DNA of 64,000 nucleotides from the human T2T-CHM13v2.0 reference genome, Homo sapiens. Location: NCBI RefSeq assembly GCF_009914755.1, contig NC_060944.1. One strand, given 5' to 3'. Below, piece by piece: positions 1 to 14,093 of this stretch (the stretch's first letter is position 1; each line of letters opens with the position of its first letter). The notes beneath the pieces were generated by a model. The model saw nothing but the letters and a program-made list of their open reading frames with translations, searched no databases and was not told the DNA's origin. The position numbers and the translations under genes are program-made.

Positions 1-443
1 TCATCTCAGCTCATCCCTTAGTGGAAACATCAAGCTCCTGTACAAATGAGTACATTGACCATCGTGGTCCAAATACTGAAAGGGATCCTGTCAATCATAT
101 TCATGTGAATTTTCCAGCTTTCCTTCTTCCTGTCTTTCTTTTCTGGGTGACCTCCACCCATCTGTGTTGCACATGGGTGCTGGTGGCTGGAACAGTGTGA
201 TCTCGGGTGAGAGGATAGGGCATTTTATAAGCATCAAGGCCTGAGGGTGGGTGCAGGGAGGTGAATTTTCCATTCCCGGAATGTTGACCAAAGGTATGCT
301 CCCGGGCATCAGGCCTTGTGCTTTGGACTTCACTGTACATTAAGGACAGGGTGGCTGAGGGGGTCCAGCATCTGATGGGAGAGGGAAGGAAGACCTAGTG
401 ATCAGGGGAGGGTAGGAAGCTCAGCATTTTACCTCCATGATCT

Positions 444-550
444 GTAATCCTCACAACAGCCATGTGCAGGGCTATGGTTTCCTTCCATTTTACAGATAAG
501 AAAACTGAGTTCCAAAGAGATTATGACTTATCCAAGGCTACTCAGCTAGG
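444..550 (-). mobile_element. MIR fragment
   Basis: cattttacagataagaaaactgag...gacttatccaagg is the reverse complement of the MIR core. Confidence 0.7.
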
Positions 551-979
551 TATGCCTCAGAGTTCATTACATACCTTCTTCCCTCCTCTGCAGCCTGGGG
601 AAGAAGAAAAGAAGCCCATCTTGGATTTTGTCCTGAGGACAATGGGTAGCCATGAAAGGACAAGGTCAATGTTGCATTTTGGAGCCATCATGATCTATTT
701 AGCCCATCCCCGCTGCCAGGCTAGGGGTCTATATAGACCCATCCACTCCTCACCCCTGCCCTGGTCAGGACAGGCTCTGGGTTGAGAAGCTGAGGCCTGC
801 AGGGGCCACTACTAGGATGGAGAGCACAGCCTCGCTCTTCCTTTAGCAGGGATTTGATCTTGCAGGGACTCCTGCCTGGAGCAGTCTTCCTCCCTCTTAA
901 CCCCTTTCCCTATGGCTGGCTCACTATCAAGTTTCATTATCAGCTTAACTGTCACCTCAAAGAGTGTTTCCCTGACCCC

Positions 980-1422
980 TGTTGTGGGTTGAATTATGTC
1001 CCCTGAGAAGGTTTGTTCAAGTCCTCATTCCCCCCACCCCCTGAACCCATGAATGTGACCTTATTTGGAAATAGTCTTTGAACATGTAATCAAGTTAAAA
1101 TGAGGTCATATGGGGTTAGAGTGAACTCTCATCCAATGACTGGTGTCCCTACTAGGGGAGGGAAATCTGGGTGCAGAGACACAGTGAGAACACCCTGTGA
1201 AGATGGTGACGGAGAGCCAAGTGATCCTGCCACAAGCCAAGGAAGGCCTGGGGCCACCAGAAGCTGGAGGAGGCAAGGAGTCTCCCCTAGAGCCTTCAGA
1301 GGGAGCATGCTGACTCCTTGATTTCAGACTTTCCGCCTACAGAACAGTGAGGGAATCAATTTCTGTTGTTTTAACTCACGCAGTTTGTGTTACTTGGTTA
1401 GAGCAGCCCTAGGAACTAATAC
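980..1422 (+). mobile_element. MaLR solo LTR, MLT1C-like
   Basis: tgtgggttgaattatgtccc...aatgtgaccttatttggaaatag...gagcagccctaggaactaataca matches the MLT1B/C consensus. Confidence 0.85.
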
Positions 1423-1429
1423 AGCTGCT

Positions 1430-2140
1430 CACTAAGGCCAGTCTCCCTCATCTTCCCCATCACACATGTTCCTCTCTTCCCTCCTTCACCCCTGTAATAA
1501 CAATCTACAATGATCATTATTGCTGTGTTATGTTTATTATCCATCCTACTCACTAGACTGGGAGCCCTAAGAGGGGAGAGGCCTTGCCTGTCCTGTTCTC
1601 TGCTGTATTCCTAGTGCCTAGCCCTGCGCCTGTGACATATAGTAGGTGCTAAATAAGTGTTCACTTATTAACAGAGATTTAATGAATGTCTATCATGTGC
1701 TAGCACTGCTCTAGGTGAACAAAATAAAGAGTCCTATCCTGGCACTTACATACCATATTCAACAAGGAACATAATAAGTAAGTAAGCTTATAGGCTATTA
1801 GAAGATGATGAAGTTCCATGGACAGGGAGAGGAAAAGTAGGGTGGGATAAGGGAGATGGGGCATTGGGGTGGAAGAGAACAACCTGCAAAATTAAACAAA
1901 GTGGTCTAGAAGGCCTTGCTGACAGGTGGCACTTAAGTAGATTTTGAAGGAGATGAGGGAGTTGGCCATGTGAGATTCTTGAGGAAGAACATTCAGGCAA
2001 AAGGCACAGTCACTGCAAAAGCTCTCCAGCTATGGGAATATGCGTAGCACTTCAAAGAACAGAAAAGAGGAAAAGAGGTCAAGGAAGGTGGAACACAATG
2101 AGAAAAGGGGAGAATAGCAAGGGAGGAGGTCAAATATCTG
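1430..2140. mobile_element. L2 fragments
   Basis: ctagactgggagcc...cctagtgcctagc...tagtaggtgctaaataa L2 3' motif, followed by degenerate L2 body. Confidence 0.55.
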
Positions 2141-2151
2141 TTGGCTGAAGG

Positions 2152-2250
2152 AAGGGATGGAGGGAGGGAAGGCAGGAGGGATGGGTATAGGGATGGGTAT
2201 AAAGATGGGTGGATGGATGGATGGATGGATGGATGGATATGGACAGATGG
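2152..2250 (+). repeat. (GGAT)n/(GGAA)n-type simple repeat
   Basis: ggatggatggatggatgg array seen directly. Confidence 0.9.
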
Positions 2251-3937
2251 AAGGAAGAATAGAAAAAGGGAGGAATGCTTCATATCTGGGAATCAAAAGC
2301 AGGGACTAACTCTGTCTTCTGGCCATATGTTAAGTCAGTAACTGACAATAAAGGGGACCCTACCCAAGAAAAGTGGCCAATTGCAGACCAAAAGAAGTCA
2401 GTTCTCCACACCCTTTATAGCCATAACACAGCACTACAGAACAGAGATGAGGATGCCTAAGAAAATTGACTTTAGTTTCTTGGGGACCCAGGATCCCCAA
2501 CGAGGGCTCCTTCAGAGCCTGGGATCTCACCCACCCAGATGGCTGGAGCCCCCACGTACAAGGCCTCAGGCGCTCCCTTAGAGCCACAAACCATGAGGCT
2601 GAGCTGGCTGAGACTCCTGACAGCTAAAAGTGGATTTATTCCAAATGTATCACTAATGAGGCACTTTTTGATACAGAGGCCCTGAAGGTTGCCCATAAAA
2701 TTCATGACAAACCACTGAGATATGAAATGGAATCAAGTTGGTTTCTAAAAATTAGGAATTTCCCCTTCGTCCTCCAGCTGCAGCTCCAGCTGGATTGGGT
2801 CAGCTCCCCAAGGGGCCTGCAGAGCAGGCCCATTGCTAAGAACCCCCTGGGTGAGGCCCAGAGGCCCGGAGTCAGAGGAGTCCTTTGTCCGCACAATCTG
2901 CTCCTTATCTTGCTCCACCCATCCCCATCCTGCCTGTTCTAGGAAACTTTCCCAGCCCTCCAGACAGGGCACATTGAATGTGTACAGACTTTAAGGCTCA
3001 TGGTTGCTCTTTCCCTACCTGTCTCATCTGTCTCCCCCATGGGACACTCTGGCTCTCTCCCCTGCCCTCTCAGCAGCACTCGGCCCAGCTTGCCGCTTGG
3101 CCTTGCAGCCTCTTCTTTTCTTGCTTTGTGTGGCATCACACAGGCCTGGTTCTCCTCCTGTTTCTCTGGCTGCTCCTTCTCCACCTTTGCCAGTGCTCTT
3201 TGTTCTACCATGCAACTTCCAAGTGTTGGAGCACCCAGGGCTTCACCTTCAGCTTGCTCTCACTCTCCCTCCATAAATTATCTCATCCATTCTCAAAGTT
3301 GAAATATCATCAGTATACTGACAACTTCTTTGTTTTTGTTTTTGTTTTTTTTTTCCATCTCTGGTTCCAGCCTCTCCCCTGAACACCAGAATTCCATCTT
3401 TATGTGGACTTCCAAAAAGCATTTCAAACTTAACATGGCCAAAACAAAACTCTTGATCTTCTGTTTCCTATCTCAGTAAATGGCACCACCCTATCCACCC
3501 AGTTGCTCAAACCAAACACCAAGGAATCTTCCTCAATTCCTCTCTCTCATTTTCCCTTAGCCCTCACATCTGCAGGTCTTCTCTGCTCTTGTTCTACCAC
3601 TCACCTTGAATCTGGTTGCTTCTATTCCACAGCTTCCACCCTGAGCCAGGCCTCCTTCCTTCTTCCACTCCAGCTGCCTCCAATTCACTCTCCACCCACC
3701 AGCCAGAGAGCTCATCTAAAAATGTGGACTCTGCTTCTGGCAGAAGAAACAGCAGCAACTGTGCACATGCACAGAGCCCCAGGGACCCTCTGGGAAAGGC
3801 CAGATGCAGGCTCTCCAGGAAGAGACCCAAGCAGCAGTCCAGCAAACAGCCTGCCACCTCCACACTCTCTATATGCTAAGAGGCAGGAGCTGGTGCTGCC
3901 CAGAGCCCAGCACATCCTAACTGCTGATTACCAATGA

Positions 3938-4171
3938 CAGGTTGAAGATCCCTAATCCAAACATCTGAAATCTGAAATGCTCCAAAATCAGAAACTTTTT
4001 GAACGCCAACACCACACTCAAAGAAAACGCTCTTGGGAGCATTTTGGATTTCAGATGTTAGGTTAGGGGTGCTGAACTGGTAAGTATACTGCTAATATTC
4101 CAAAATCAAAAAAAAAAAATCCAAATCTGAAACACTGCTGCTCCCAAGTCAGATAAATGATACTCAACCTA
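3938..4171. mobile_element. Tigger4a/MER46A-like non-autonomous DNA transposon
   Basis: Terminal inverted repeats caggttga...tcaacct; internal aaatctgaaatgctccaaaatc / gagcattttggatttcagat palindromic motif. Confidence 0.8.
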
Positions 4172-4664
4172 TAGTTTCATGTTCACTAATAATAATATAA
4201 CTCTGCCTTTTGGCTCCCTTTGCAATTTGCAAAGTAATGCCAGGGGCATTACCATCATGACTCCTTCAGCAACCCCCTGGGATCAGTGTGATACCCCCAG
4301 TCACAGTGGGGGTCCCCACAGTGTCAGAACAGGGACTGCATCCCAGGTCTTCCAAACACAGGTTCCAGAACCATTCCCACCAACCCACCCATGGGGTCTT
4401 CTTGAAATAAACACTTCCATTACCATCATAAAACGTCCCAGAAATTCCACTATTCTGACACTCAAGTGGCAGCTTCCAGTTAACACGGGGAATATGGGCA
4501 AAAATCCTTTGTCAGTTAGTGGGTCCCAGTTTGGGTTTGGGAAAATCCTTAATGTCCATCATTCTGCCCAGTGGTGCTATACTCAATCACACTGTTCTAG
4601 AAGACTTATCTGAGCGAAAGCTGTATTTTGAGTTCAGCAGTGGAGCCCCTGTTTCACTCACTCA

Positions 4665-4820
4665 TTCTCATCATTCTTAACCTTGATTACACCTGAGAAT
4701 CTTCTGGAGAGCCCATGCCCAGAGGCCACTAATCTGTTGGCCTGTTGTGGGGATGGGCTTTTATATTTTCTAAGTACCCCAGGTGATTCTAAAAGACAGC
4801 CATAGTTGAGAACCACCAAC
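4665..4820. mobile_element. MER5-family hAT element (second copy ~5240-5435)
   Basis: ccccaggtgattct...gttgagaaccac terminus. Confidence 0.6.
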
Positions 4821-5447
4821 AGTTGATCCATAAACACATATGGAACACTGGTTGAAGGCTAGGCACTGGGTGAACAGAGATGTCCTCCAAAAAAAGCTTC
4901 TACCTAGTATGGAAAATATAAAGGTAAACAGATGATTCAAATGAGCTCATTTCAAGTGTTTGTTTTTGTTATTTTTTTAATTTAACAAACGTTTATATCA
5001 CTGTCCAGTTGCTAGGCAATGTTCTAGGCACTTTATAAATTTACAAATTTAACCAGTTTAGATCTCAGACCTTAGAACAGTGGTGAAGGTATTATTACTA
5101 TCCCCATTCTCCAGATGATGTAACTAAGACACATGGAGCTTAAGTAACTTAGATAAAGTCACAACATCTCATCAGTGACTGAGCCAGGGTTCTGACCCAG
5201 AGAACTGGACTTCATGTTTCTAACCACCATTCTCTGAAGGCAGTAGTTCCCACCTCATAGTAGAATTTGTGCAGGACACAGATTCTTGGCCCCATTCACC
5301 TCCCCTCATACCCCCTCCACCCTTAGGTTTTGGTTCAATCAGCTGAGATGAGACATGGGAACATACATTTTTTTTTCACATATCCCAGGTGATTCAGACA
5401 CAGGTGTCCTGGGGACTATCCTCTAAGAAACTCTCTTATTAAATAAG

Positions 5448-5890
5448 GTGTGGTGGTTTTAAATTGTGTCTACAAATGCTATGACACTCCTTCTAAAAAA
5501 ATGAACCCTCCCCTTAAGAATCAGCTGAACTTAGTGACTTGCTTCTAACAAACAGAATACAGAAGAAATGATATTAAATAATATGTGATAAGTGGCTTCC
5601 AAGAGGAAAGGGCAGAACAAGGGCCAGCCCTTGAGCCAGGTGAGATATGAGAAGCACCAGGATGTACCATGCAGAGCATAAGAGACACTGCGGCTTCCTC
5701 ATTGCCCTCTCTTAGGCCACTCATTTTGGGGGAAGCCAGCTAGCTGCCCTGCTCTGAGGACACTCAAGCAGTCCTATGAAGGAGCCTGCATGGAGAGAAA
5801 CTGAGGCCTCTTGCCAATAGCAGTACCATCTTGACACCCACATGAGTGCACCGTCTTGAAACTGGTCCCTCCAGCCCATCTGGCCTTCAG
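5448..5890 (+). mobile_element. MaLR LTR, MLT1F-like
   Basis: gacttgcttctaacaaacagaata, ggaagccagct, ggagagaaactgaggcctcttgccaatagc motifs. Confidence 0.7.
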
Positions 5891-7734
5891 ATAGAGTGAC
5901 CATACATCCCAGCTTGCCTAGAACAGTCCTGGTTTATCCTGTTGACTGTGCATTCCATGCAATTTACCATTTGTCCTGGATAAAACTATCCTAGTTTAAC
6001 CAATGGTAAATGATATAGTTATCCTGTTGAGGAACCCAAATTGCAGGCTAAGGCATTTGGACTTTACCCTGGAGGCTGTGGGGAGCCATGGAAGGGTTTT
6101 AAGCTTAGGAGTGATCTCATTCCAATTGTGTTTTAGAAAGATCCATTTGCAGAAAATGCACCAGTGTGCGGGAGGAACTGGTATGGAGGGTGGACTGGTT
6201 TGGAGAATGGGTGTGGAGGCTTGACCAGGGGAAAACAAGATGAGAAGCCAGGGAGGAGATAAACACAGTCCCTCAGCCAGAGTGGTCAGTGATCATGACC
6301 GCCTATATGAAGGCTGGAGCAGTGGAAGATGGGGTCACAGTAAGTTTAGGAAAACTTAGGAGATATTAAACAAACTTGGCTGCGGTAAGAGACAGAGAAG
6401 CAGCAGCCAGGGGTGATTCTGAGGCTATCAAGGGGGTATGGCCCCCACATTTCAGAGCCCAGAGCTCTGTCTAAAAATAGCTCTCAAATGAGTCACCTCA
6501 ATTGCAGCCAACAAGGAATTGGCTGGTTTGTTATTGAATTGCAGGATTTTTGGCCAAACGGACTGAAACCATGTGTAGCCTTGGCTCGAGAAGTTCCCAC
6601 TGGACCCAGTCTCTTGCTAGGGGCAGTGCCATAGCCCTGATGCATGCATAATCTCACTTTCTTCTCACAACAAATCAGCGAGAATGCCATAATTTCTTCT
6701 CATTTATCAGGCCTGATAGAAGCTGCCAAATGCTTCTAGAATGTAGGCTCTGTAGGCGGCGCAGCCAGAATTCAAACCCAGACCTCCTCAGATATTTGGT
6801 ATCAGCTGGAAAGAGGTTTTTTTGGGTAAAATCCCTAGAAACATTCTCTTGCCTCCTTCCAGCTGGGATACATTGGCTGAACTCGAGTCACCCTCCTAAT
6901 AAAAATTCCATGTTCCATCAGCAGAATGCTTCCATCCCAATTAGATCAATTTTCTCTAAGTAGCAATAAATGTGCTTTTCTTTCAGAGGCCAGCCCGACA
7001 CATTAAGTAGGCTTGGGGCAGCCATTCCCCAAGCCTCTGGCTACGAGTGTGTGGGGTCAGGGGTCACAGCACCACCACCTCCAGCTCATTAGTGGGGCCC
7101 ATTCATCTTTGCTGGGACACCAGCACTCAACATGGTGGCAGGGCTCAGGGTGGGGGTGTGTGGGCAATTCATCAGGGACTCTGGTTCGCCAGAGACAGGA
7201 GCAGAAAAGCAGGCCTGCTCACAGGCCGGCAGGAGCCCTAGGCCCAAGAGCTGAGAACCGGAGCTGCCTGGTTAAAGGTTAACCTGGTCTAGGATGTCTG
7301 TCTGTAAGGACTCACAGCCAGCTTGTAGGGAAGGAAGGGCCCAGGGCAGGCTCCTTTCAGATGCATCCGGCTCCTGCCTGCTAACAGTTTCCCTTCCGGC
7401 CAACTCCCCAAGCCGATCCTTGAAATCCATCTAAGCAAGGCCTACAGGGGCCTGGAGAATGATACTGTCACTCTCCTGTGGTGCGGGGACCTGCCTGGAA
7501 TAGGCCCTTTGATTTGCAAATCCAGACACTGGAAATGGGAGCCTAAGAGAGCCCCACTCTATCCTGCCCTGCCTGGGCCACTGGGCCTGGTAGAAGCTTG
7601 ACCAAAAGAATGAGACCTCTCAACTTCCCCAGGACTAAAGCTCAGCCTGCATCAACCTGTGAACCCACACACACAGCCCAAGTCACCCTGAGCCAAGCAG
7701 AACTGCAGCTCTGGACATGGGATTCTCAGAGTGG

Positions 7735-8525
7735 CATGGTAGTAGTTTGCTACGGATGCTGTATTGATGTACCACAAATTAAGTGGCTTAACAGATATTT
7801 ATTCTCTCCCAGCTCTGGATGCTAGAAGTCCCAGATCAAGGTGCCAGCAGAACCATGTTCCCTCTGAAGGAGCTAGGGAAGGTTCTGCTCCAGGCCTCTC
7901 TCCCAGCTTCTGATAGTTCCCTGGCCTGTGACAGCATAACTCCAATCTTCACCTGGCGTTCTGCTTGTGTGTGTATGCACCTGTGTTCAGATTTCTCCAT
8001 GTGTGGTGTGTGTGTGTATGTGCATGTGTGCAACAAGGTCTTGCTCTGTCACCCAGGCTAGAGTGCAGTGGCACAATCTCAGTTCATTGCAATCTCTGCC
8101 TCCCAGGCTCAAACAATCCTCCTGCCTCAGCCTCCTAGGTAGCTGGGACTACAGGTGCATGCCACCATGCCTAGCTAATTTTGGGGGTTTTTTTGTTTTT
8201 TGGTTTGTTTTGTTTTTATTTTTTGTAGAAACTGAATTTTGTCATGTTTCCCAGGCTGGTCTCCAACTCTTGGGCTCAAGTGATCTGCCCACCTCCGCCT
8301 CCCAAAGTACTGGAATTATAGGTGTGAGCCACTGCACCCAGCCCAGATTTCTCCTTTTTCATAAACACACCAGTAATACTGGATTAGGGGCCCAACCTAC
8401 TTCTGTATAACCTCATCTTAACTAACTACATCTGTAAAGACCTTATTTCCAAATATGGTCTCATTCTGGGGTACCGTGGTTAGGGCTTCAACATATGAAT
8501 TTGGGGGTACATACAGCCCCAAAGA
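7735..8525 (-). mobile_element. MLT1B-like LTR interrupted by an AluJ
   Basis: taccacaaattaagtggctta...ccttatttccaaatatggtc; colinear across the Alu. Confidence 0.8.
7999..8343 (-). mobile_element. AluJ; tail region replaced by TG-rich microsatellite
   Basis: Alu body with ctcaaacaatcctcc/ggctcaagtgatc J-type features; flanking repeat cagatttctcc on both sides. Confidence 0.9.
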
Positions 8526-10246
8526 GCCCCATTAACTCTTCCCCCTTTGGGCCATGTGAGAGGCAAGCCTCGGGGATCCTCATTCATTTGGCAAATGTGT
8601 ATTGAGCACCCATCAGGCCCAGTGCAAGGTACTAGGGGTACAGTGGTAAGCTGGTGTCTGCTCTGTGGGTTCACAGGTGGCAGGGGAGACAGGGACAATC
8701 AATTACAAAAGCAACTGTACAATTACAAATTGTGCTAGGAGCTCTGAAGCAGAGGTGTGAGCAGCTACAAAAGTGCAGAACCAGGTCACACTCCAGGTAA
8801 GAAGTCGAGCTGGGGCTGGCATCACAATAGTGTAAGCATCCTCAGCTTCCCTGGGCTGTTCTGCAGTGCAGCTGACCCCCACCCACAGCTCCTCCTCTCC
8901 TGGCTATCTGGCCCCTTGGTTATCTGGCCCCAACCCCTACCCAGCCTGAGGTCTTTCCTAGAAGCCAGATTCATGGCATCTGAGCAACCTGCCCAGGAAC
9001 CACCGCTGGAGGTAATCTTTCTGCAGAGCCCACGGGCCTGGCAGAGGTCTCCCTGATTGACACTCACCCTGGATGAGCCATCCTCTCAGCAGCAGCTCAT
9101 CCTTCAGCCTTCCAGGCTCTTGCAGCTCCAGCGGCATCTCAGTTCAGCCCTGGGACTCCAGCACAGAATACACATTCAGATAATGACCAGTAGGTCTTGG
9201 ACCCAAATGTCACCTCCTCATGGAAGCTTTGCTGACCTGACTCCTCCAAGCCCAAACAACTCCTCAACATCCCCACCTCAAATGAAACTAAACAATGGAT
9301 TACAGAATTAGCTGTTCTGTATCTGTCTCCCCTAGAGACTGTAAGCTTTACAAGAACTGAGACAACTTTCTCATCCACCTCCATATGCCCCAAATCCACC
9401 CTGTGCCTGTCACATCATGGTGTTTTGTAAACGTGAGCTAGGTAAATAAACAAAATAATTAATTATTTAGTCAACCTCCTACTTCTTTCTACCAAAACCA
9501 CAAATTGAGCCACGGGCTTGATGCAAGTCCACGGAACTCCTGACAGTACCAGGAAAACAAAGACATGGAATGAGAGAGATTGTGTTCAGGATGGAGGGAA
9601 CAGCTTGAGCAAAGACAAGAGAGGGAGGAAATGCTAAGTGGGTTTGGAGTGAGTATTTGGTTTGGCCAGAGCAAGACTCAACTGTGCATGGCCTTGAATG
9701 CTGGACTTAGGTGGTGGTTACAGGGTGCCATGAAGGTTTTTGAGAGGTTGTGGCATGATCAGACTTGGGCTGTGCTGATGCGGAGAGCAGGTAGCTCCAC
9801 AAGAAAGTACAAAACGTGGGGCCAGAGATCAGGAGAGAAGTTTGGGCGAAACCAAGGTTCAAGAGCTGTCCCACAAAGAAGGCAACTGAGGTCACTGAGG
9901 GAGAGCAAAAAGAGGGGTGAAATTGTACAGAATCTGGGGACAACTGTAGTGCAGAGAAGATGGGTTCAGGAAGGGCAATATGATCAGGAAAGCAGAGGAG
10001 TGACCAGAGAGAGGGGAAGAAAGCCAGGCCTGCCCAGCATGCTTGGAGGGAGGCCCCACCTTTCCTCATGTCCTTCTGTCTGCCCACTGTACGGGGCAGG
10101 GAGAACCAATTTCAAAATCTGACCCCATCAAGAACCAGCTGTAACACCTGGGCAAGTGGATGTACCTCCAGAAGTCTGTTTTCCCATCTGAAGATTGGAG
10201 CTGGACAAACTCAACCTGCTGGGGTATAAGGAATGTGACACATTGA

Positions 10247-10747
<501 letters not shown>

Positions 10748-11086
10748 TAGGGTGTTAAGCAGCCCCCCTTGGAACAAAAAATGTCTCCAGTCATTACCAA
10801 GTGTCTGACCCCTAGGGAGCAAAATTGCCTCCAATTGAGAACCACTGGTGTAAACCATGAAAGCTGTAGGCAAGTGTCTCCTACTGCCTCTGTTTCCCAG
10901 AGGAGGTCCTATGTGCCCATGCCCTCATGCATTCAATCAACAAACATTCTCTGAACCCTTTTTCTATGCCAGACTTGTGCCTATGTGCTGGGCCGTGAAG
11001 ACGGCACTGCATAGAACAGTGATCCTGCTTGCAGGGATTTTACAGTTACTGAAGGAAACAATTTTGATACAATGAGATCTCTCAGC

Positions 11087-11570
11087 AGGGTAGGCAGGAT
11101 AATGGCCCCCAAAGATGTCCATGTCCTCATGCCCAGAGCCTGTGAATATATTACTTTTTATAGCAAAAGGCACTCTACAGGCGTGATTAAATTAAGGAAC
11201 TTGAGATGGGGGATTATCCTGGATTATCTGAGTTGGCCCAATGTAATCGCAAGGTCCTTGTAAGTGAGAGGGAGACAGGAGAATCAGAGTCAGAGAAGGA
11301 GATGTGATGGAATCAGCAGTTGTCCGAGTCAGAGAGATGAAGCTGCTATACTGCTGACTTTGAAGATGGAGGAGGGGCCATGAGCCAAGGAATGCAAGTG
11401 GCTCTAGAAGCAGGAAAAGACAAGGAAACAAATTTTCCCCTAGATCCTCCAGAAGGAAGGCATCCCTGCCAACACCTTGATTTTAGCCTAGTGAGGCACA
11501 CTTCAAATATGTGACTCCAGAACTGTAGTCTGTGGTCATTTATTACAGCAACAATAGGAAACTAGTATTC
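11087..11570 (+). mobile_element. MLT1D LTR
   Basis: aatggcccccaaagatgtccatgtcct...gggattatcctggattatctg...acagcaacaataggaaacta. Confidence 0.85.
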
Positions 11571-11969
11571 ACAGTCACACCATTAAGCACAGGGAACTGT
11601 AGGATCTCAGGGAAAGCAACAGGGCTGCCACGTATAATTATCCAGGTAGCACACTGCCAAAAATTTGCCAGCTGAGGAGATGAACGCGGCTGAAATTTGG
11701 CCCACACTCCACTTGCCAAGCCGTGAGCCCTTATGAGGACTGTGTTTCTGAGACAAGGAGCATCTTTTTCCGATGTACATACAGGCATTTTTCATTTGCT
11801 AAAAGATGTGTCCACCCAGGCTTGGGGAGGAGGTCTTTCCTAATTTGCACAAAGGAGCTACCCAGATAACTATGGCCCTGGCAAGAGACTCTGACTCTTC
11901 CTGGGATAGTCAGAGAGGCCTTCACAGAGGAAGTAACATCTGAGCTAGATCTTAAAGAACAAACATGGA

Positions 11970-12251
<282 letters not shown>

Positions 12252-13770
12252 AGAACAGACGTGGAAAGAAAGTAGAGCCATTCTACGAAAGAGAATAGCA
12301 CAAAAGTCTGTAGGGGCCTGATTCACTTAGAGGAAGAAGAAGGAGCTCCACCTGGCTGGAGCATCAGGTACATGGAGGAGATGATTGGGAGATGCAGAGT
12401 TCAGCTTGGGATGTGCAGAGTCTGAGGGGACTGCGGAACACTCATGGAGTGATGTCTAGGAGGTGGCCAAATGCCCATGCCTGGAGCTCTGGCAACAGGG
12501 CTGAGCTGCTCCACACCACCCTCCTGATGCCATTCCAGGGAGCCCACCTTGGACCAGACTAAGGCCCCCATCCCACCAGCCCAGCCCCAGGGACTTCTCC
12601 CTGGCTCTCGGGGATGCCTGGCTGTTCAATGACTTGCTTTTAGGGTCTAGTAGTGTCTGTCCCTGCAGTGGCTCCACTTCCTAGCACTTAACTCTAAGAC
12701 AGGTATTGATGGTGCCTTGACCTTCCCTAATATATTGCTACAAGGTAACGTGGGCCAGTCCTGCAGTTCTGGTCATCCCATGGCCCCTCCCTGGGCCTGA
12801 GCAAAGAACAAGAAAAAACCATCAAGCTGGTCACGAGGTTTGCGATACAAATGGCAGTGAGTTGTTTTCAGGAGGCAAATGGGCCCCCACAGACTAATGG
12901 CTTTCAGTGGCTCCCTCCCCCTCCCTCCCTGAGCTTCCCCCGCCCCGGTCCAGAGCTGGCCCAGCTGGGAAGCTGCAGTTGCTCCAGCCACCCCCACCCC
13001 CCAGCCCTTTTGCTGACAGTATAACCTTCAGGAACCTGAAATTCCTGAGTGGTCCCCAGAGCTCCATGCATCTTGAAAGAAAATTTGTGTAATGTCATTT
13101 CAGGCTGTCCCTAATCCAGAATTATTGAGGGGGGGCTGGGACCTGGGAATTGCCTCTGACACTTGACAAATACTCAGCTTTGTGTAAATGGACAGGCTCC
13201 TGAAATAACTGCCTTTGGATGTCATATGAAGAGAAATTAATTCTTTATTAACTTCCGCAATGATAATCTAATAAACCCATCAGGCCTCCAGGCCCCAACA
13301 TTTAAAGAGCTTGGTAGTTTGGATGCAAATGTCTCCTGACCCCATTTTGTCGGGAATATGTTCATGGAGAGGAGGAATAATTGACTCTAGAGGTCAGATG
13401 TCAGCTCAGAGTCAAAACGAGTGACTTTCATGGCTCCACACAGACCTGAGACTCAGGAGGTTTGGCCTTTCCTGTGGCCACCAGCTGTTCTGGATTTTCT
13501 GTGATGGCCCTTAATTTCAGGTATTCTGTCCCTTTGTTCCCCAAAGAGCATTTGTTCTGGTCAGACAACAGTCTCTGGTTTTTATTCAGATTGTGAGGTC
13601 ACCAGAGCCCTCACCCGCCAGTACCAAAGGGCCGTTCATATATTCTTTAACTCTTAGGTGCGGCCAGGTGCTGGAAGGAGGAATGCAAGGCTTCTGTTCC
13701 TGGGGCTTATGGTCCAGTGGGTCCGGGGGAGGGAGGAGCAAATAAAAGAATTAATTGAAGTTATAAATTG

Positions 13771-14093
13771 AGGGCACAGTGGCTCATGCCTGTAATCCCG
13801 GGAGCTTTGGGAAGCTGAGGCAGGAGAATCACTTGAGGCCAGGAGTTTGAGACCAGCCTGAGCAATAAAGCAAGACCCAATCTCTACAAAAAAAAAAAAA
13901 AAAAAAAATTAATTGGCCAGGAGTAGAGTAGCTGTAGTCCCAGTTAATTGGGAGGCCAAGGTGAGAGGATTTCTTGAGCCTAGGAGGTAGAGGCAGAGGC
14001 AGCACTGAGCTATGATCAAGCTACTGCACTCCAGCAGCCTGGGTGACATAGCATGACTCTTTATTCTCTCAATTAAAAAAAAAAAAAAAAAAA
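13771..14093 (+). mobile_element. AluJ
   Basis: Dimeric Alu with cacttgaggccaggagttt and A-rich linker/tail. Confidence 0.9.

Noticed and set aside
1-340. Minus-strand ORFs (79-80 aa) as a possible pseudogene or exon at the window edge
   Set aside because: No recognisable homology in any frame, internal stops and no convincing splice context; a tblastx search would be needed.
9580-10122. 180-aa plus-strand ORF
   Set aside because: Non-ATG start, purine-rich L2-like context and no recognisable protein similarity.
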